From contig NC_092677.1 of assembly GCF_964355755.1 (NCBI RefSeq), forward strand, positions 11,740,101-11,804,100: DNA of 64,000 nucleotides, written 5' to 3'. The DNA comes from Antedon mediterranea (taxonomy: Eukaryota > Animalia > Echinodermata). This document shows, one piece after another, positions 23,483-37,161 of the stretch. Numbering within the stretch: position 1 is the stretch's first letter; each line of letters opens with the position of its first letter. The translations under genes and the position numbers were made by a program. The notes below the pieces were generated by a model. It ran no database searches. It was not told where the DNA came from and saw only the letters and a program-made list of their open reading frames with translations.

Positions 23483-24019
23483 ATTGAACCGTGTTCCTAT
23501 CACTATTATAATAATTAGTGCATGGGCAATCATGTGTCTCATAATAATCCTCCCATTAATCCTGGTTAAAAAACCTTTATTTACATCTCTAGCAACCATC
23601 CCCATGGATATAACAAAAATAAACAGTTAATCAAACACTTACTGACAAATTACTAATATATATAATATTTGTTTATTATTAAAAGTTTTCTCGTTTAATA
23701 AATGTAATTAATGATAAAGTATTACCATAAATACACTTTACAGTTTATTCGCTTTAAATAATTATTCTCGGTGTTTTGTCTGTGTGCTAAATTTATTATT
23801 ATATATATAATTATATTAAGTGAAGTTTAGGATCACTTTTTTTTTTCAAACTATATAGAATCTACAATTTGAATTAACTTATATAAAATACAGTTTCGCC
23901 ACATCATCCAGAAAACTTTTTTAAAACCGATATTTAACGATCGAGACCATATTAAAAATATGTTCTTTTTATGGGGACCTATTGGCAGTTGGCATAACTA
24001 TAATAACATTCTTTTAAAT

Positions 24020-25036
24020 TCATTATGTTTATCAACGATTTTTCCTTTGTTCCTCGTCATTCTAATGTTCTTATGTTTGCTGACGATATTAAATTATTTA
24101 AGTCTATACAAACTTTAAATGATATGTTGTTGTTACAAGAAGACGTTGACAGACTCATTCACTGGTGCGACACTTGGAATATGTCAGTCAATGCCTCCAA
24201 ATGCAAATCAATGTCTTTTACTCTTAAGAAAAAACCCATCTATTTTGACTTTTATATTAAGAATATTATACTTGAAAGAGTCTCTGTTCACAAAGACCTT
24301 GGTATTTTTTTAGATAGTTCATTAACCTTCTGTAAACATATTGATTTTATAGTCTCTAAATGCAATAGACTTTTGGGTTTTCTTTGGAGACATTGCAGAC
24401 ATATTAACGATAAAAAGGCATTAGTTATTTTATACAAATCTTTAGTTAGGTCGAATCTTGAATTCTGCAGTGTTATTTTTAACTCTATTTCTCTTGCCCA
24501 GTCTTCTAGATTACAAAGTGTTCAGAACAAGTTTTGTCGATTTTATGTGCGTAAATTTGGTTCTATTAGCAAAGATGTTCTTATTAATTTAGCGGGTAGG
24601 CGTAAGTTATTTGATTTAATTTTTCTTTTTAAGGCTGTGAACTCAATTTTCCATGGTAATTTTGAAGTGTACTTTCCTATTTCTGTTCCACAATATCAAT
24701 TGCGTAATCCTGCTTTATTTTCTATATCAAGAGGGAGGGTAAATATTACTAAAAATGGTTTTGTTAATCGTTTGCCTAAGTTATACCACTCACTATGTAA
24801 AATTGATGGATCTGTTGATATTTTTTTTGATTCCCTTGCTTGTTTCCGTCACAAGGTTTTGTCTAATGTCAGTAATATTTAAATGTTGTCTTGTTATCTT
24901 TTGATTTTTGCTTGTATATAATATGTTATATTTTACGACTTTCAACCCTGTTAATGGTGACGTTTGGTCACTGTAGGGTGATGATGAAATAAAATAAAAA
25001 AAAAAAATAAAAAAAAAAAAAATAAAAAAAATAAAT
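24020..25036 (+). mobile_element. 5'-truncated non-LTR retrotransposon (CR1/L2-like RT C-terminus, ORF 24025-24882) with A-rich tail
   Basis: LMFADDIKLF RT motif; LQEDVDRLIHWCDTWNMSVNASKC; KDLGIFLDSSLTF; LYKSLVRSNLEFCSV. Short 3'UTR then (A)n/TAAAA tail at 24986-25036. Antisense within intron 1 of Ly6 gene A. Confidence 0.92.
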
Positions 25037-25987
25037 TACAGTATTTAATCCGTATTTTCTGGTCAGTAGAAACGGGCTCTAAGTCTTTTCCACCACCAGG
25101 GGAGAGTGAGATTACACTCTCATTCGATTCCTTGTAAATATAAAGATAAAGATAAACTTTATTGAACAAACGCTTTTGTATCAGCGGCACACGTAAATAA
25201 GACAAAAAAGTATCAAAAATAACATTAAAGTCTTAATTCTTAATTAAGAATGTGGTGTATCACGTCTAGCGACGTTAAACTTTCTGCATTATTACATCTG
25301 CTGACGGCAACAGGCCCATCCATATCATATAACTCCTAATCCTAATATTAACCTAACCTAACCGTCTAAATAATCTCTCTACTAAAGGCTGCTGTATTAA
25401 CAATATTGCCGCATTTTTAACGTCGGTAAAGAGTTATCGAAACAGTGACTTTAAGTTTTAATATATTTCGTCAGGGGAGACCCGAATAATTCGAATCTCA
25501 AACGCGACAGTTGATTTTGTTTTACTATTTCACTTTATAACCTATTGTATTTTTATATAAATTTATTTAAATAAAAACAGTAATGGAAAAGAGACTTACC
25601 GTTTTTTCTGTACCGTGGTGTTGTTGTTCTGGCTTAAAGTTGTGTAATCATTGAGTACTGAAGAATAATATGTATATGTATTGTTATACGCAGCCTAGCG
25701 ACGACACGTTTTGAACAAACTGATGTAATGGTTCAGTAATATTTCGAAATTGGTATAATGTAAAATAAAGAGCCGATTCTCAGTGCTGTATCTCCATGAT
25801 AATGTTTATCCATTAGGCAAATTCTGTGATACAGTATCACATGTTTCACATGTGATGTGGACGTGCTTGTGTTACGGAAGATTATTAAAGGTTAGGATTT
25901 ATGATGCAGGCGCACGTGTATCACGATATTTTTCTGTGATGCTATTAAGTTAATTTAAGGTACCAATAATCGGATACTGTAAGTTAC

Positions 25988-28607
25988 TGTTAAGTTCAGA
26001 AACTATATTATTCCTCTATTACAGTTTACCACGATGGCGCCACATATATATGTAAATAATTTGAAACCATACGTAACTCGGGGAAGGTTTCTATAGTACA
26101 TTACCAGTATACTTTAGAGTCTACAACTATCTTATCTCTAGCTCTGTCTACACTATCAAACTTGATGTGACAACAAAATGTGATGTGCCCATATAATTAT
26201 TATGGACATGTATGTAGATAGAGCTTCAGAGGATAGATGTATACTCTAAAGTATATAGTGGGTAGTTGGAATTAATACAAACAGCAATCTGAATTTTAGA
26301 AGAAATAATTTGTTCTGGATGGAAGAAGTATATTATTGTTCTGATGACCGAAATAAATGATTTAATAATTATTTGTTTTAAAACAGTTTGTTCGTGAATG
26401 TTTTGTATTGGTTGAATGGAAAGAAAGAATGTTCATTCTTTGATTGACTATTTAGTATATATTTAGGCTAGTCAATCTAGCAAAAAGAAACCTGTAACCG
26501 AGTCATTTGAGGGCAAAACAAAGTCTCTACAGACATTTTAGTTTCATTATACTGTATATGCAATACGGTATTGAGAAATGGGGTCGAGGGTCAAATGTCA
26601 TACTTCCGATCAATTTTTTGTAAAATGTTTCATTGGAGCAAATTGAAATATGTACATTCTGAATACGGCTGTGAAAAAATCAACTCTCTAGCATTAGTGG
26701 TTTTCGAGATATAGGACAACTGTAATTTCACCCCCTTATTTGCATATTTTATTTAAATTGTACTACTAATTTGCATACTTTCAAGGTGTGTGACAAAGGT
26801 GTGGTTTTGTGAATTACAAAGTGGTTCTATGCTGGCTATTAGGAACCTATGTCTGGGACATTTGAGGGCGAAATAAAGTCTCTACAGACATTTTAGTCCC
26901 ATTGTGTATGCAGACTTCCGGTCATTTTTTCGTAAAATGTTTCATTAGAGTAAATATAAATATATACATTTTGAATAAAACAGTGACAAAATCAACTCTC
27001 TTGGACTAGTAGTTTTTGAGATATGGTAACCCTGTAATTTCACCCTAATTTGCATATTTAAGCTAATTTGCATATCATCGGGATGAGTGACAGAGGTGTG
27101 ATGCTCAAATTTATAATAATGATCCAACCATCTACAAAAAGAAGATTTTTTTTATTTGGTAGGTTATTACTACTGTATCATTTTGACAATAAAAGTTCTG
27201 TAATCTGTTACTTTGTTCATATATATTATTAATATTTATTCTTTGTGACGAAATTACATTATGTTGTAGACGTGTTAACGTAGAAACATTCTAGATTATA
27301 CGTAATACATTTACAAGCGCCACGAATAAAAACTAAAGAAAAAAAATGTATTATGCGTATAAAAACGTCATGTGTGCCAACATATTTATCTTTTTACCAA
27401 TATTAAGTCGAATCGCTATCTAGAACATACAGTAATAGACTAATATTCCTAAATATTGTACTACATAGACTGTTCCATGTTGTTTTCTATACAATCAGAT
27501 TTTAATACACTTCCCTAATTGTAGGTCGTCTGCATAATACAGTACAGTATTATCAAACATAATTTTTCGATTTAAACTAATATAAACTATAGTTAGCGTA
27601 TGATAAGGTAAGTAAGTGCTGACGTCATCAAGAGGACTACGCTGCTGGTGATAAATGTCGCTCCGTTGCATTCGTCTGTTCTACAAGTGTAGTAGCAGTA
27701 TTCTACCCCACTATATGTTTCACATTGGTTTCCAACGTCTACGTCCCCACATCCACGAATAACAGAAGTGATACCAGCGATGGTCAGTTTTGCTTTCTAA
27801 AGAAAAAACAATTAAAAAAAACAATGTTCATTCGCTTTTACCAAGATATATCACCAACCACCAAACCTCTGTATCCGTATAGGACGGGTGGGTAGGGTAA
27901 AACTCGCGTACTACCTACGTCACACATTCACCGTATGCTACGGTTCAAAGTGCGCAATGCATTTCAAACGTTAGATTTATTCTTTGAAATTGTTAAACGT
28001 GGCACAGATCACATTTTACCAGCAAAACTTAAACTTAAAATTAGAAAAGTTTTAGTATAAAATGTTTCAGGAAAACGACAAAAAAGTGAAAAATGTTGGT
28101 TAAGCCTAGGCTAAGTCTACCCCCTAAAGGTACAATGATTTTGCCAAAATGAAAAAAGCTATAAATTCAAACTTATTCGTGTGTGTTATTAACAAGGATA
28201 CGTATGCATATGGGTTATAGTTTGAGCAAGTTAAGTTATACAGTTAAGTTCAGAAACTATATTATTCCTCTATTACAGTTTGCCACGATGGCGCCACATA
28301 TTATATAATTATGTAAATAATTTGAAACCATACGTAACTCGGGGAAGAGTTCTATAGTACATTAGCATAGGCCTACTTTAGTCTACAACTATCTTGTCTA
28401 AAGCTCTGTCTACACTATCAAACTTGATGTGACAAAAAAATGTGATGTGCCCATATATGGACATGTGGATGTCATACCACTACCATATATAGTATAACTA
28501 CCATATTTGGGCACATCACATTAGGCACATGAGTTTGATAGTGTAGATAGAGCAATAGATAGTTGTATAGTGAGTAGTTGGATACAGCAAACTGAATTTT
28601 AGAAGAA
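25988..28607. repeat. Local duplication complex: direct repeat R (25988-26305 ~ 28243-28607) flanking a copy (26300-28215) of 31315-32840
   Basis: gttaagttcagaaactatattattcctctattacagttt...gaattttagaagaaa occurs twice; 27110-28210 is near-identical to 31569-32836. Confidence 0.9.
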
Positions 28608-30740
28608 ACCAAAACGGCTCGATCATTATGATTTGGAAACAATATAAAGAGTTACGGTAAAGCTTGGTTCCCACTAGGACGTATTCACAACGCGATGGAT
28701 CGTCTGAACTACTGTCGCTGCTGTGATTGGTTAACTCGTTTGCCGTTGTGCTTACGTCATTAAGTTGCATTCAATTGGGAACCAAAAACTTTACAATGTA
28801 CTTTCATGGATAATAAGCAGTAAAACCGTTATGAAACATAAATACTGTAAACGGTTTGTACTAACAAATTATTGTGAACGAAAACATTTCAAATTGGATA
28901 TAAAAATAAAAAACAATTATTTTTAGTATTTTTTTATTTTATTCCGAATATTTGTATGTTAATAGCGTCCTGAGCAGCTGGTGTAGATAATAATAATGTG
29001 AACCTTTTATAATGTAGTTGTAATGTCGACTTGTATATTTTCCTAAAATATTATATTTAACTGGTCACGTCGATAAATAATCAGGCACGGAAAACAAATG
29101 CGTCTCCAAATGCACGGTAAATTAATTACTAGGCCTACTCTCAGATATTCCAAAAGGGGCTGATCCAAGGTCCTGGGAACAGTCTCGTACTGAAGACTCG
29201 GTATTAAAAGAAGAATAAAAATAGTATTTTCAGTATCGTTTCTTGCATATTAATTAATGTAAAACAGTGGTAAAATCTGTACTACTACATATTTATAGAA
29301 ACTATTATGTAAACACTATGCATTGTTCCATTGTTGACACAAAAACGTTTTTATCGAAACAGTGCAATTTTGAAATCGTTCTGATCGGTTGTTGTGTTGT
29401 TGTAGACTATCGAATGTTTGTCGGTAATAATTTATAATCTAATTAATTTTTGATAAAAAATCACTCATGCTCATTTATTCACAATCAAAATGTTGCATTT
29501 TTGTTTACGTAGCCCCACCAGCGGACGCTTTGATTTGTTTGACCTGTATGTCTCGAGTTTAGGTATGACACGCCATGTGTGTCAATATGCTGGAATATTA
29601 AGCTAAATCGTGTATAGAAACTATAAGTATAATAAGACCAGGAAAGAGTATAAAAATCGTATTATTCCTTGATAAGATTAGTGTTTTTAGCTTATTAAAA
29701 TATGATAAAGTACGTCATCAAGAGTACCACGCTGCTGGTGATGAATGTCGCTCCGTTCACGGAGGTATTATACATCCATGCTCCGTTTCAGTAGTCCGTC
29801 CGACAACTGTAGTAGCAGAAATCTAATATATTTTAATTTGTACAGGTGGCGTTGTTTCTAAATTGGGCAACTCGCTCGCGTTGCGCCTACGTCGTTGCAT
29901 TTGCGTTATAAAATTTACTTTCACAACAATTACTTATATCATTTGTTATTATTGGAGAAAAATGTTTTATTTTCATTGCTGCTGTACGGTATGATTATAA
30001 TTGTTCCAATAAAAATTTATAAACCTTTAGTTGTTATTGTTTCTGTTGAGGTAGACCAGATATTACTTACATAACATGCTTCATATTCGGTCCCGTAATA
30101 AGATGATGTGTTGTAGGTGGTGCATTCCACGCTGCCGACCACTGAACTGTCAAATGGATCATCGCATCCTTTCTCCAATGAACCACACGAATAACAACGG
30201 ATGCAGTTGCCTGAAACAAAGAGTAGTTCGGATTAAATAATAAAACATTTTATGAGTTTTATAGCAGGTATTGAATATTTTGAGTGAGTGGACGACAAAT
30301 AACCGATTTAATTCACTCATTGGCCTCCCAAATCAACACGTTGCGTGTATTTTTTTAGATAATCAAATAAATAAATAAATACAGACAGTACACAGATGGT
30401 AGTTTGTTTTTAACTTTTACCTTTCGGGGGTTTTAAACAATTTAAACCAATTTTTAACCATTTTAACAAACTTTTAACCTGGAATTTCTTTTTATTGTAA
30501 TTGTATTTCTGTATTTTATCATTGTTTTATTTTAAGGTGAACAAACCTACAATTTATGTAATATTGTGTTTGACTGAACTAAATGAAATGAATGAATGTG
30601 CTGCTTCCACATCATTTATTTGTCCAATATAAAATCAGAAATTTGCTTTCTGTACACTACATACCAAATAAAAAAAGTAATAACTTACCTCTTGCAGCAA
30701 GACTTACTATTACCACCAAGGACAAAAGTTGAAACCTCAT
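27593..30740 (-). CDS. Ly6/uPAR three-finger protein B; exons 30689-30740, 30071-30210 and (inferred) 27593-27796 (131 aa)
   Basis: MRFQLLSLVVIVSLAARG; IRCYSCGSLEKGCDDPFDSSVVGSVECTTYNTSSYYGTEYEACY; intact last exon KAKLTIAGITSVIRGCGDVDVGNQCETYSGVEYCYYTCRTDECNGATF...IIR*. Linkage to this distal last exon is inferred from compatible phase. Confidence 0.68.
29693..29858 (-). pseudogene. Decayed last exon of Ly6 gene B
   Basis: NNATCTN*NILDFCYYSCRTDY*NGA[30-nt insertion]TFITSSVVLLMTYFIIF*: in-frame TAA (29833-29835), TGA replacing the CN cysteine (29788-29790), 5' part lost. Confidence 0.8.
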
Positions 30741-32006
30741 TGTCATCCCTTTACTAACAATTACTGCAGTATTCAATTTTATTAAACCTGTGCAATAAAA
30801 AGGGTAGGTGGGTGGGTGTTTTGGGGTTTTTTTTTATTAGTAGATATTTTACTCAAATCGTATTGATATTCTTAATTTATTAATTTAATACGTCGTTAAT
30901 GTTAAGTTTAAAAATGAATGTTTTAAAATCTATAGTTTGAATATTAAAAGAAAAGGCTAATCAGTAATAGTATTTTACCATAATTAATTATAATATGCCT
31001 ATTACACAACCGCATTTGTCTTTAAGATATAAAAGTCATAGAACTTACTGTTATTAGTTGTTCTGACGTGCTGAGACTTTTTAATTTTATGACTCAATAT
31101 GTATGTACCTGAAGTTGTTTACTTCCTAGTTCCTAATTCAACCTATTATATACTTATTGCCGTAGAGGGCGTGGGAATGATAGAAGAGGTCAAGGGTCGT
31201 CTATTCATGCCAAAATATTTTGAAAATATTAATTTTTACAACCATCCCAATTGATTGCCACATGCTTTTTTAATTTCGAGCATTTTTGCCTTTGACAGAG
31301 ATTGAAGATAGAAGCGAAATAATTTGTTCTGGATGGAAGAGGTATATTATTGTTCTGATTACCGACATAAATGATTAATTTAAAAATTATTTGTTTTAAA
31401 ACAGTTTGTGAATGTTTTGTATTAGTTGAATGGAAAGAAAGAATGTTCATTCTTTGATTGACTGTTCCATTAAACTCATCTCCACTCTTATACATTTAGT
31501 ACACATTATATTTTAACACATGATAATATTCTCTCCATGTAGGCCTAACTCATGAACCTTCATTATTTTTATAATAATGATCCAATCATCTACAAAAAAA
31601 AAAGATTTTTTATTTGGTAAGTTATTATTACTGTATCATTTTGACAATAAAAGTTCTGTAATCTGTTACTTTGTTCATATATATTATTAATATTTATTCT
31701 TTTTATCTATTCTAATTACATTATTTTGTAGACGTGTTAACGTACAAACATTCTAGATTATACGTAATGCATTTACAAGTGCCACAAATAAAAACGAAAG
31801 AAAAAAAAAACGTATTATACGTATAAAAACGTCATGTGTGCCAACATACAGTAATAGACTAATATTCCTAAATACTGTACTACATAGACTGTTCCATGTT
31901 GTTTTCTATACAATCAGATTTTAATACACTTCCCTAATTGTAGGTCGTCTGCATAATATTATCAAACATAATTTTTCGATTTAAACTAATATAAACTATA
32001 TTATAG

Positions 32007-33616
32007 TTAGCGTATGATAAGGTAAGTAAGTGCTGACGTCATCAAGAGGACTACGCTGCTGGTGATAAATGTCGCTCCGTTGCATTCGTCTGTTCTACAA
32101 GTGTAGTAGCAGTATTCTACCCCACTAATTGTTTCACATTGGTTTCCAACATCCCCACATCCACGAATAACAGAAGTGATACCAGCGACGGTCTGTGTTG
32201 CTTTCTAAAGAAAAAACAATCAGGTTCATTTGCTTTCACCAAGATATATCACCAACCACTAAACCTAAAGGCGGTTTGGTCAACCTCTGTATCCGTATAG
32301 GACGGGTGGGTAGGGTAAAATTCTTTTTTGCGAAAAAAAATGTATTTTTTAGACTAATTTCTTAAAAAACCTATCACGAATTAATTAATTAACTGCTAGT
32401 CATAACAATTTATGTTATTCGGTATCGGTGGTAGGCAGGGGAATCCCCTTCAAATGACACGATCCTTGTGGGAGTGGCAATAGACAATTATTGGTTGTAA
32501 CTAAACCTAAAGGCGGTTTGGTCAACCTCTGTATCCGTATAGGACGGGTGGGTAGGTTAAAACTCGCGTACCTACGTCACACATTCACCGTATGCTGCGG
32601 TTCAAAGTGCGCAATGCATTTCACACGTTAGATTTATTCTGTGAAATTGTTAAACAAAACTTAAATTATTCAAGAAAAGTTTTAGTATAAAATGTTTCAG
32701 GAAAACGACAAAACATGTAAAAAATGTTGGTTAAGCCTAGGCTAAGTCTACCTCCTAAAGGTACAATGATTTTGCCCAAATGAAAAAAGCTATAAATTCA
32801 AACTTATTCGTATGTGTTAGTAACACGGATACGTATGTGTGTGGGTGAGTTTGCCCAAATTCTATAATTTCGATTACCTACTCGTTAATTAAAGAGACAG
32901 TTACTTTTTTGAAATATTAAAAGTGTAGATAATACTTACAAAACATGCATCATCATTGAAATCAGCTTCGGAGATGTAATAAGAAATATATGTATCCGAG
33001 CATGTCACACTGTCAATCTCCGCACTGTCAAATGGTTCATTACATCCACTCTGATATGGATGACACGCATAACAACGGATGCAGTTGCCTAGAACAAAAA
33101 TTATTTCTAGTTTGAGAGAAGTATAGTCGAATAAACCAAACATATACTTATTTTTTGGATATCATGGTGACGATTACAATGATGTGGCTTTAGATATTTC
33201 AAGTGACATAGAAGGTTCAAGAAATAACGTATATTTTTGTTGTTTTTGTTACAATGCATACCTATTTAAAAAACTGTTTAACTCAGTAACTTATTAATTT
33301 TTTTTATCGTGAAGAAAATTAGTTCAATTCTCTTAATTAAAATTTCATTTTTTATTTCGACACTTCCCTCACAATCTGCGCGTTGCGGTCTAACAACAAT
33401 TTAACTAAAAAGTTTAATATAAAAAAACACACTGCCTGCGTACATAATTTTGAACATCATACAAACTATATTACAGTACTACATATTTACAAAAGATTGG
33501 CTGGTTTGTTGATTGATTGATTGATTGATTGATTGAATGAATGATTGGTACCAAGACTTACCCCGTGTAGCAAGGAAACTTATTATTACCACCACAGACA
33601 AAAGTTGAAACCCCAT
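32007..33616 (-). CDS. Ly6/uPAR three-finger protein C; exons 33562-33616, 32940-33088, 32007-32204 (133 aa)
   Basis: MGFQLLSVVVIISFLATRG; IRCYACHPYQSGCNEPFDSAEIDSVTCSDTYISYYISEADFNDDACF|KATQTVAGITSVIRGCGDVGNQCETISGVEYCYYTCRTDECN; GPI-like tail. Confidence 0.88.
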
Positions 33617-35388
33617 TGTTTTCCCTGAAATAAAAACTATTATTGTATTCTGTTATTTTATTAAACCTGTGAAAAGAAAGAGTAGGATTTGTTTTCGTTG
33701 AGGTTTTGACAAATTGGTTTTAAGTTAATTTTCCATAAGATTTCGTTGCGTAAATAAATGGTTCTCAATTTCCTAAATTAAATAAATTGATATTGTCAGT
33801 GTTTTTAATAACACTTGATAGTTTGTTCCATTCTCTTATAGCAGGAACCGTAATTAATTATTGTTTTAGGTGGAATGAAATTTACACCACTTTGTCTATA
33901 GTAGTAGCCTATGATTATGTTGATCACAAACTTTCTTAAAGTTACGATGTAGCAGAGTTCAGTTAATTTTAACTAACAAGTCCTAGAACTTACCGTGTTA
34001 GGTGCGGTTCTGACGAAGTTATAGTAAAGACTGTTTCTAGGAACTTTTTATTTTGTTTGAACGCTTCTACAGACTTTTATGGTTCAATATTTGAGATTTG
34101 CATCTGTATTGTTTAAAGGGTCCTATACATTTCAATGTACGGCACGAGTGTTCAAAGGTGTGCAATATATTTTTATTTGCTTGTTTTAAGCAAGAGGTAT
34201 TTTATTACGGGACATTTTATATCGCTTTTTATAATCATGTTAGTTTATTGTCACATTGGTAATTCCGAGTGCCGCCTTTTTTTTCTTTTATCAGATTCAA
34301 GATGGAAGCGGGCGATTTCGTGTATATGCATGAAATTGAAGAAAAGTTTTCTTTCGAACAGTATATTTTTGTTCAGTGCTGTATTCACACATACTGCAAT
34401 ATTTTTCCTGTAATCATAGAAATATTTTCTAATACAGCATCTTATTTGTATCACATGATGCTTCTATCATGTAAAGTTAGGTTAGGGTTTGGATGATACA
34501 GGCGATACATAATAAACATAATGTGAAGTTGTATTACCTATATTATTACTAATATTCATGGATACTGGATAAATAAACTAGAATTGGGTTGTTGTGAATC
34601 TGTTCGTTGAAAGAGTGAGTGTTCTATTATAACTTTAAAACTCATCTCCGCTCCTTAGATAGGCCTATTTGATTATGTTTTATTTCATAATAATATTGTC
34701 CCAATGTAACTCATGAACCTTCATTTTATAATGATACCAATCATGTGAATTGACTTTTGACTTGGTAGGGAAGCCGTCACTCTTATACAATCACTGTGAA
34801 TTTGTGTGTACGCGTCAATGTCGAAATGTTGTATTTTGAAACACATTACGGTAGACGTATTATTATAGTCAACGTACAAACACTCTAGATTAAACGTAAT
34901 TTATTTTAAATCTACAACTTATATCAACAAACACCACAATAAATATATTTTTTTCTAAATAACCAAGTACAAAAAAACACTGGACGTGTTATTTCTATGC
35001 TAAAAAAAAAATTTCCTATGTATAAAACTAACAGCCACTGGCGAACTTGTTCGAGCGAATCAACTCGGTTTCGATTGGTTGCACATTATTTTGATGTAGA
35101 TAATCTTTGAAGGTTTGCATGGAAAAGTAAATAATTATTATATTAACAAAATTTGATTTATATTACGTTATAATTTACCAACTTTTAAAATATCTTCTAA
35201 AATGTATGCCACCACACCACATTTACAGTCAATTCTGGTATAAATTCCATCCTAATTTACGATTGCTTCACTTACGATACAATTCTTTATAGTCTTAAAA
35301 ATTACAATTTATGAGATATATTCTCACTATTTATATATTATATTATCTAAAAGCAGATGTAATGATAAATATTTATCTTTAGCTCTGT

Positions 35389-37011
35389 TTACAACATGAT
35401 CAGAGAGATGAGTCCAGACGCAACGATGAAGAGGGCGCTGCCTACGGCTGTTTGCATTGAGCCATTACATTCATCGGTAGTGCAAACGGTGTAACATAAT
35501 TCGACGCCACCAGATTCAGCACATTGGGTCGTGAAAACTCCACATCCACGAATTACTGCCTCAACGTCATTTGCTTTTGACTCACTTTTCTAAAAGAAAA
35601 ATGAAATATATCTTACATATTGTTGCTTACAATATATTTGGTACCATTCACTTTTATTTGACTCTTGCATACAGCGGCCTGGCCGGAACTAACCACCTTT
35701 TACAAATACATTCCGTCGTATTTAAACATAACCACAGGTGGAAATATGCAAATTAAGTCAAATTGTGCGTCACACAAAAGACCGTACATTGATTCTCCTT
35801 GTTGGACGCAACGCAAAGGAGTAAAGGCGCCGCCATTAATTTGACCAATCACGGCGCGATGGACCATCCGCACTGTCTCGTGTGATTGGTCAGCTTACTT
35901 GCGTTGGGCCTACGTCGTTGCGTCCACGTGGGAACCAATTTTAACCTATGATATTGTCGTCACACGCGAGCGACGTTTGAGAGATGGGGTACCTTTTTCA
36001 TTCGACTAATGTTAGGACGATCCTTTTTTTTTGGCGAAAAAAAATGTATTTTTTAGACCAATTTCTTAAAATACCTATCACAAATTAATTAATTAATTAA
36101 TTAACTGCTAGTCATAATAATTTATGTTATTCGGTATCGGTGGTAGGAAGGAGACTCCCCTTCTTCATATGACACGATCATTGTAGGAGTGACAATAGAA
36201 AATTATTGATTGTAACTTACGTAACATGAACTTGTGCAGTTGACCGTTGTGATCTGGGCACTGTCAAAAGGGTCACCACATTTACTCTCTGTGACACTGG
36301 TACATGAATAACATGTCAGGGCGTAACTGCCTGAAAATTAAAAAATTGCGATGCTTTTTACTAGTTCGTACTTTTATGTCCCAAACATCCTATCCCAACA
36401 ATCAATTCCTGTTCTGTTTATGAATATTGTATACCGGTATATATCAATATTGCTCTTTCTATTTCCCATCCTCTTTTTGAATATTTTCTTTTTTTCTATA
36501 TACATAATGCTTTGTAACTAATCAATTAGACTTTCCCCAAGTCTGTATTTATTGTCTTTTGCTTATGTTTAGTCCACCAAAATATTTCGTATTTTACGTA
36601 TGAAGCGCCATGTGTGCCAAATTATATCTTTTTACCCAAATTTAAGTTTCATTACAGTCTAGAACCTAGAATATATAATATAAAATTAAAATGGAGATTA
36701 ATATCTTTACAATTGTGATGAAATTGTTATTGTCGAATAATTTGTTTTTTTTCTTTTGTCCTCTGTTCTAGGTTTACCAACTAGCATATAGTTTAGCACC
36801 TGTTTGGTCTTTCCTTGCCTTTTATATTTGTTTGGGTTTTTTTTCTATGTAGTGTATATGGAAATTTAATATATAAAAATAAATTTGCTGCATTAGAAAG
36901 TGTGTAGTTAATATACTATAAAACACACTATAAAATAAAATTTAAAAACAATTTACCTGTTGTAATAACAGTAGTAAGTATTGCTAGTACCAACCACATT
37001 TGATGACCCAT
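35389..37011 (-). CDS. Ly6/uPAR three-finger protein D; exons 36957-37011, 36221-36330, 35389-35589 (121 aa)
   Basis: MGHQMWLVLAILTTVITTG; LTCYSCTSVTESKCGDPFDSAQITTVNCTSSCY|KSESKANDVEAVIRGCGVFTTQCAESGGVELCYTVCTTDECN; tail GSMQTAVGSALFIVASGLISLIML*. Confidence 0.88.
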
Positions 37012-37123
37012 GATGAACCTAAAAAAAAGAGACTTATTTATTTTAAACTAAAAAAGTATATATGCTTGATTTCTGTGAGTAAGGGAAAAGGTATATAAAC
37101 CTAAACGTAATTTTAAAATTACA

Positions 37124-37161
<38 letters not shown>

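Noticed and set aside
26470-27105. Extra ~640-bp segment in the duplicated block, with an internal ~110-bp repeat
   Set aside because: Probably an interspersed repeat, but no termini, TSD or coding signal could be supported, so it is left unclassified.
29788-29790. TGA at a conserved Cys position of a Ly6 exon as possible selenocysteine
   Set aside because: The same frame has an upstream TAA, a lost 5' portion and an insertion; no SECIS recognised. Simple decay explains it.
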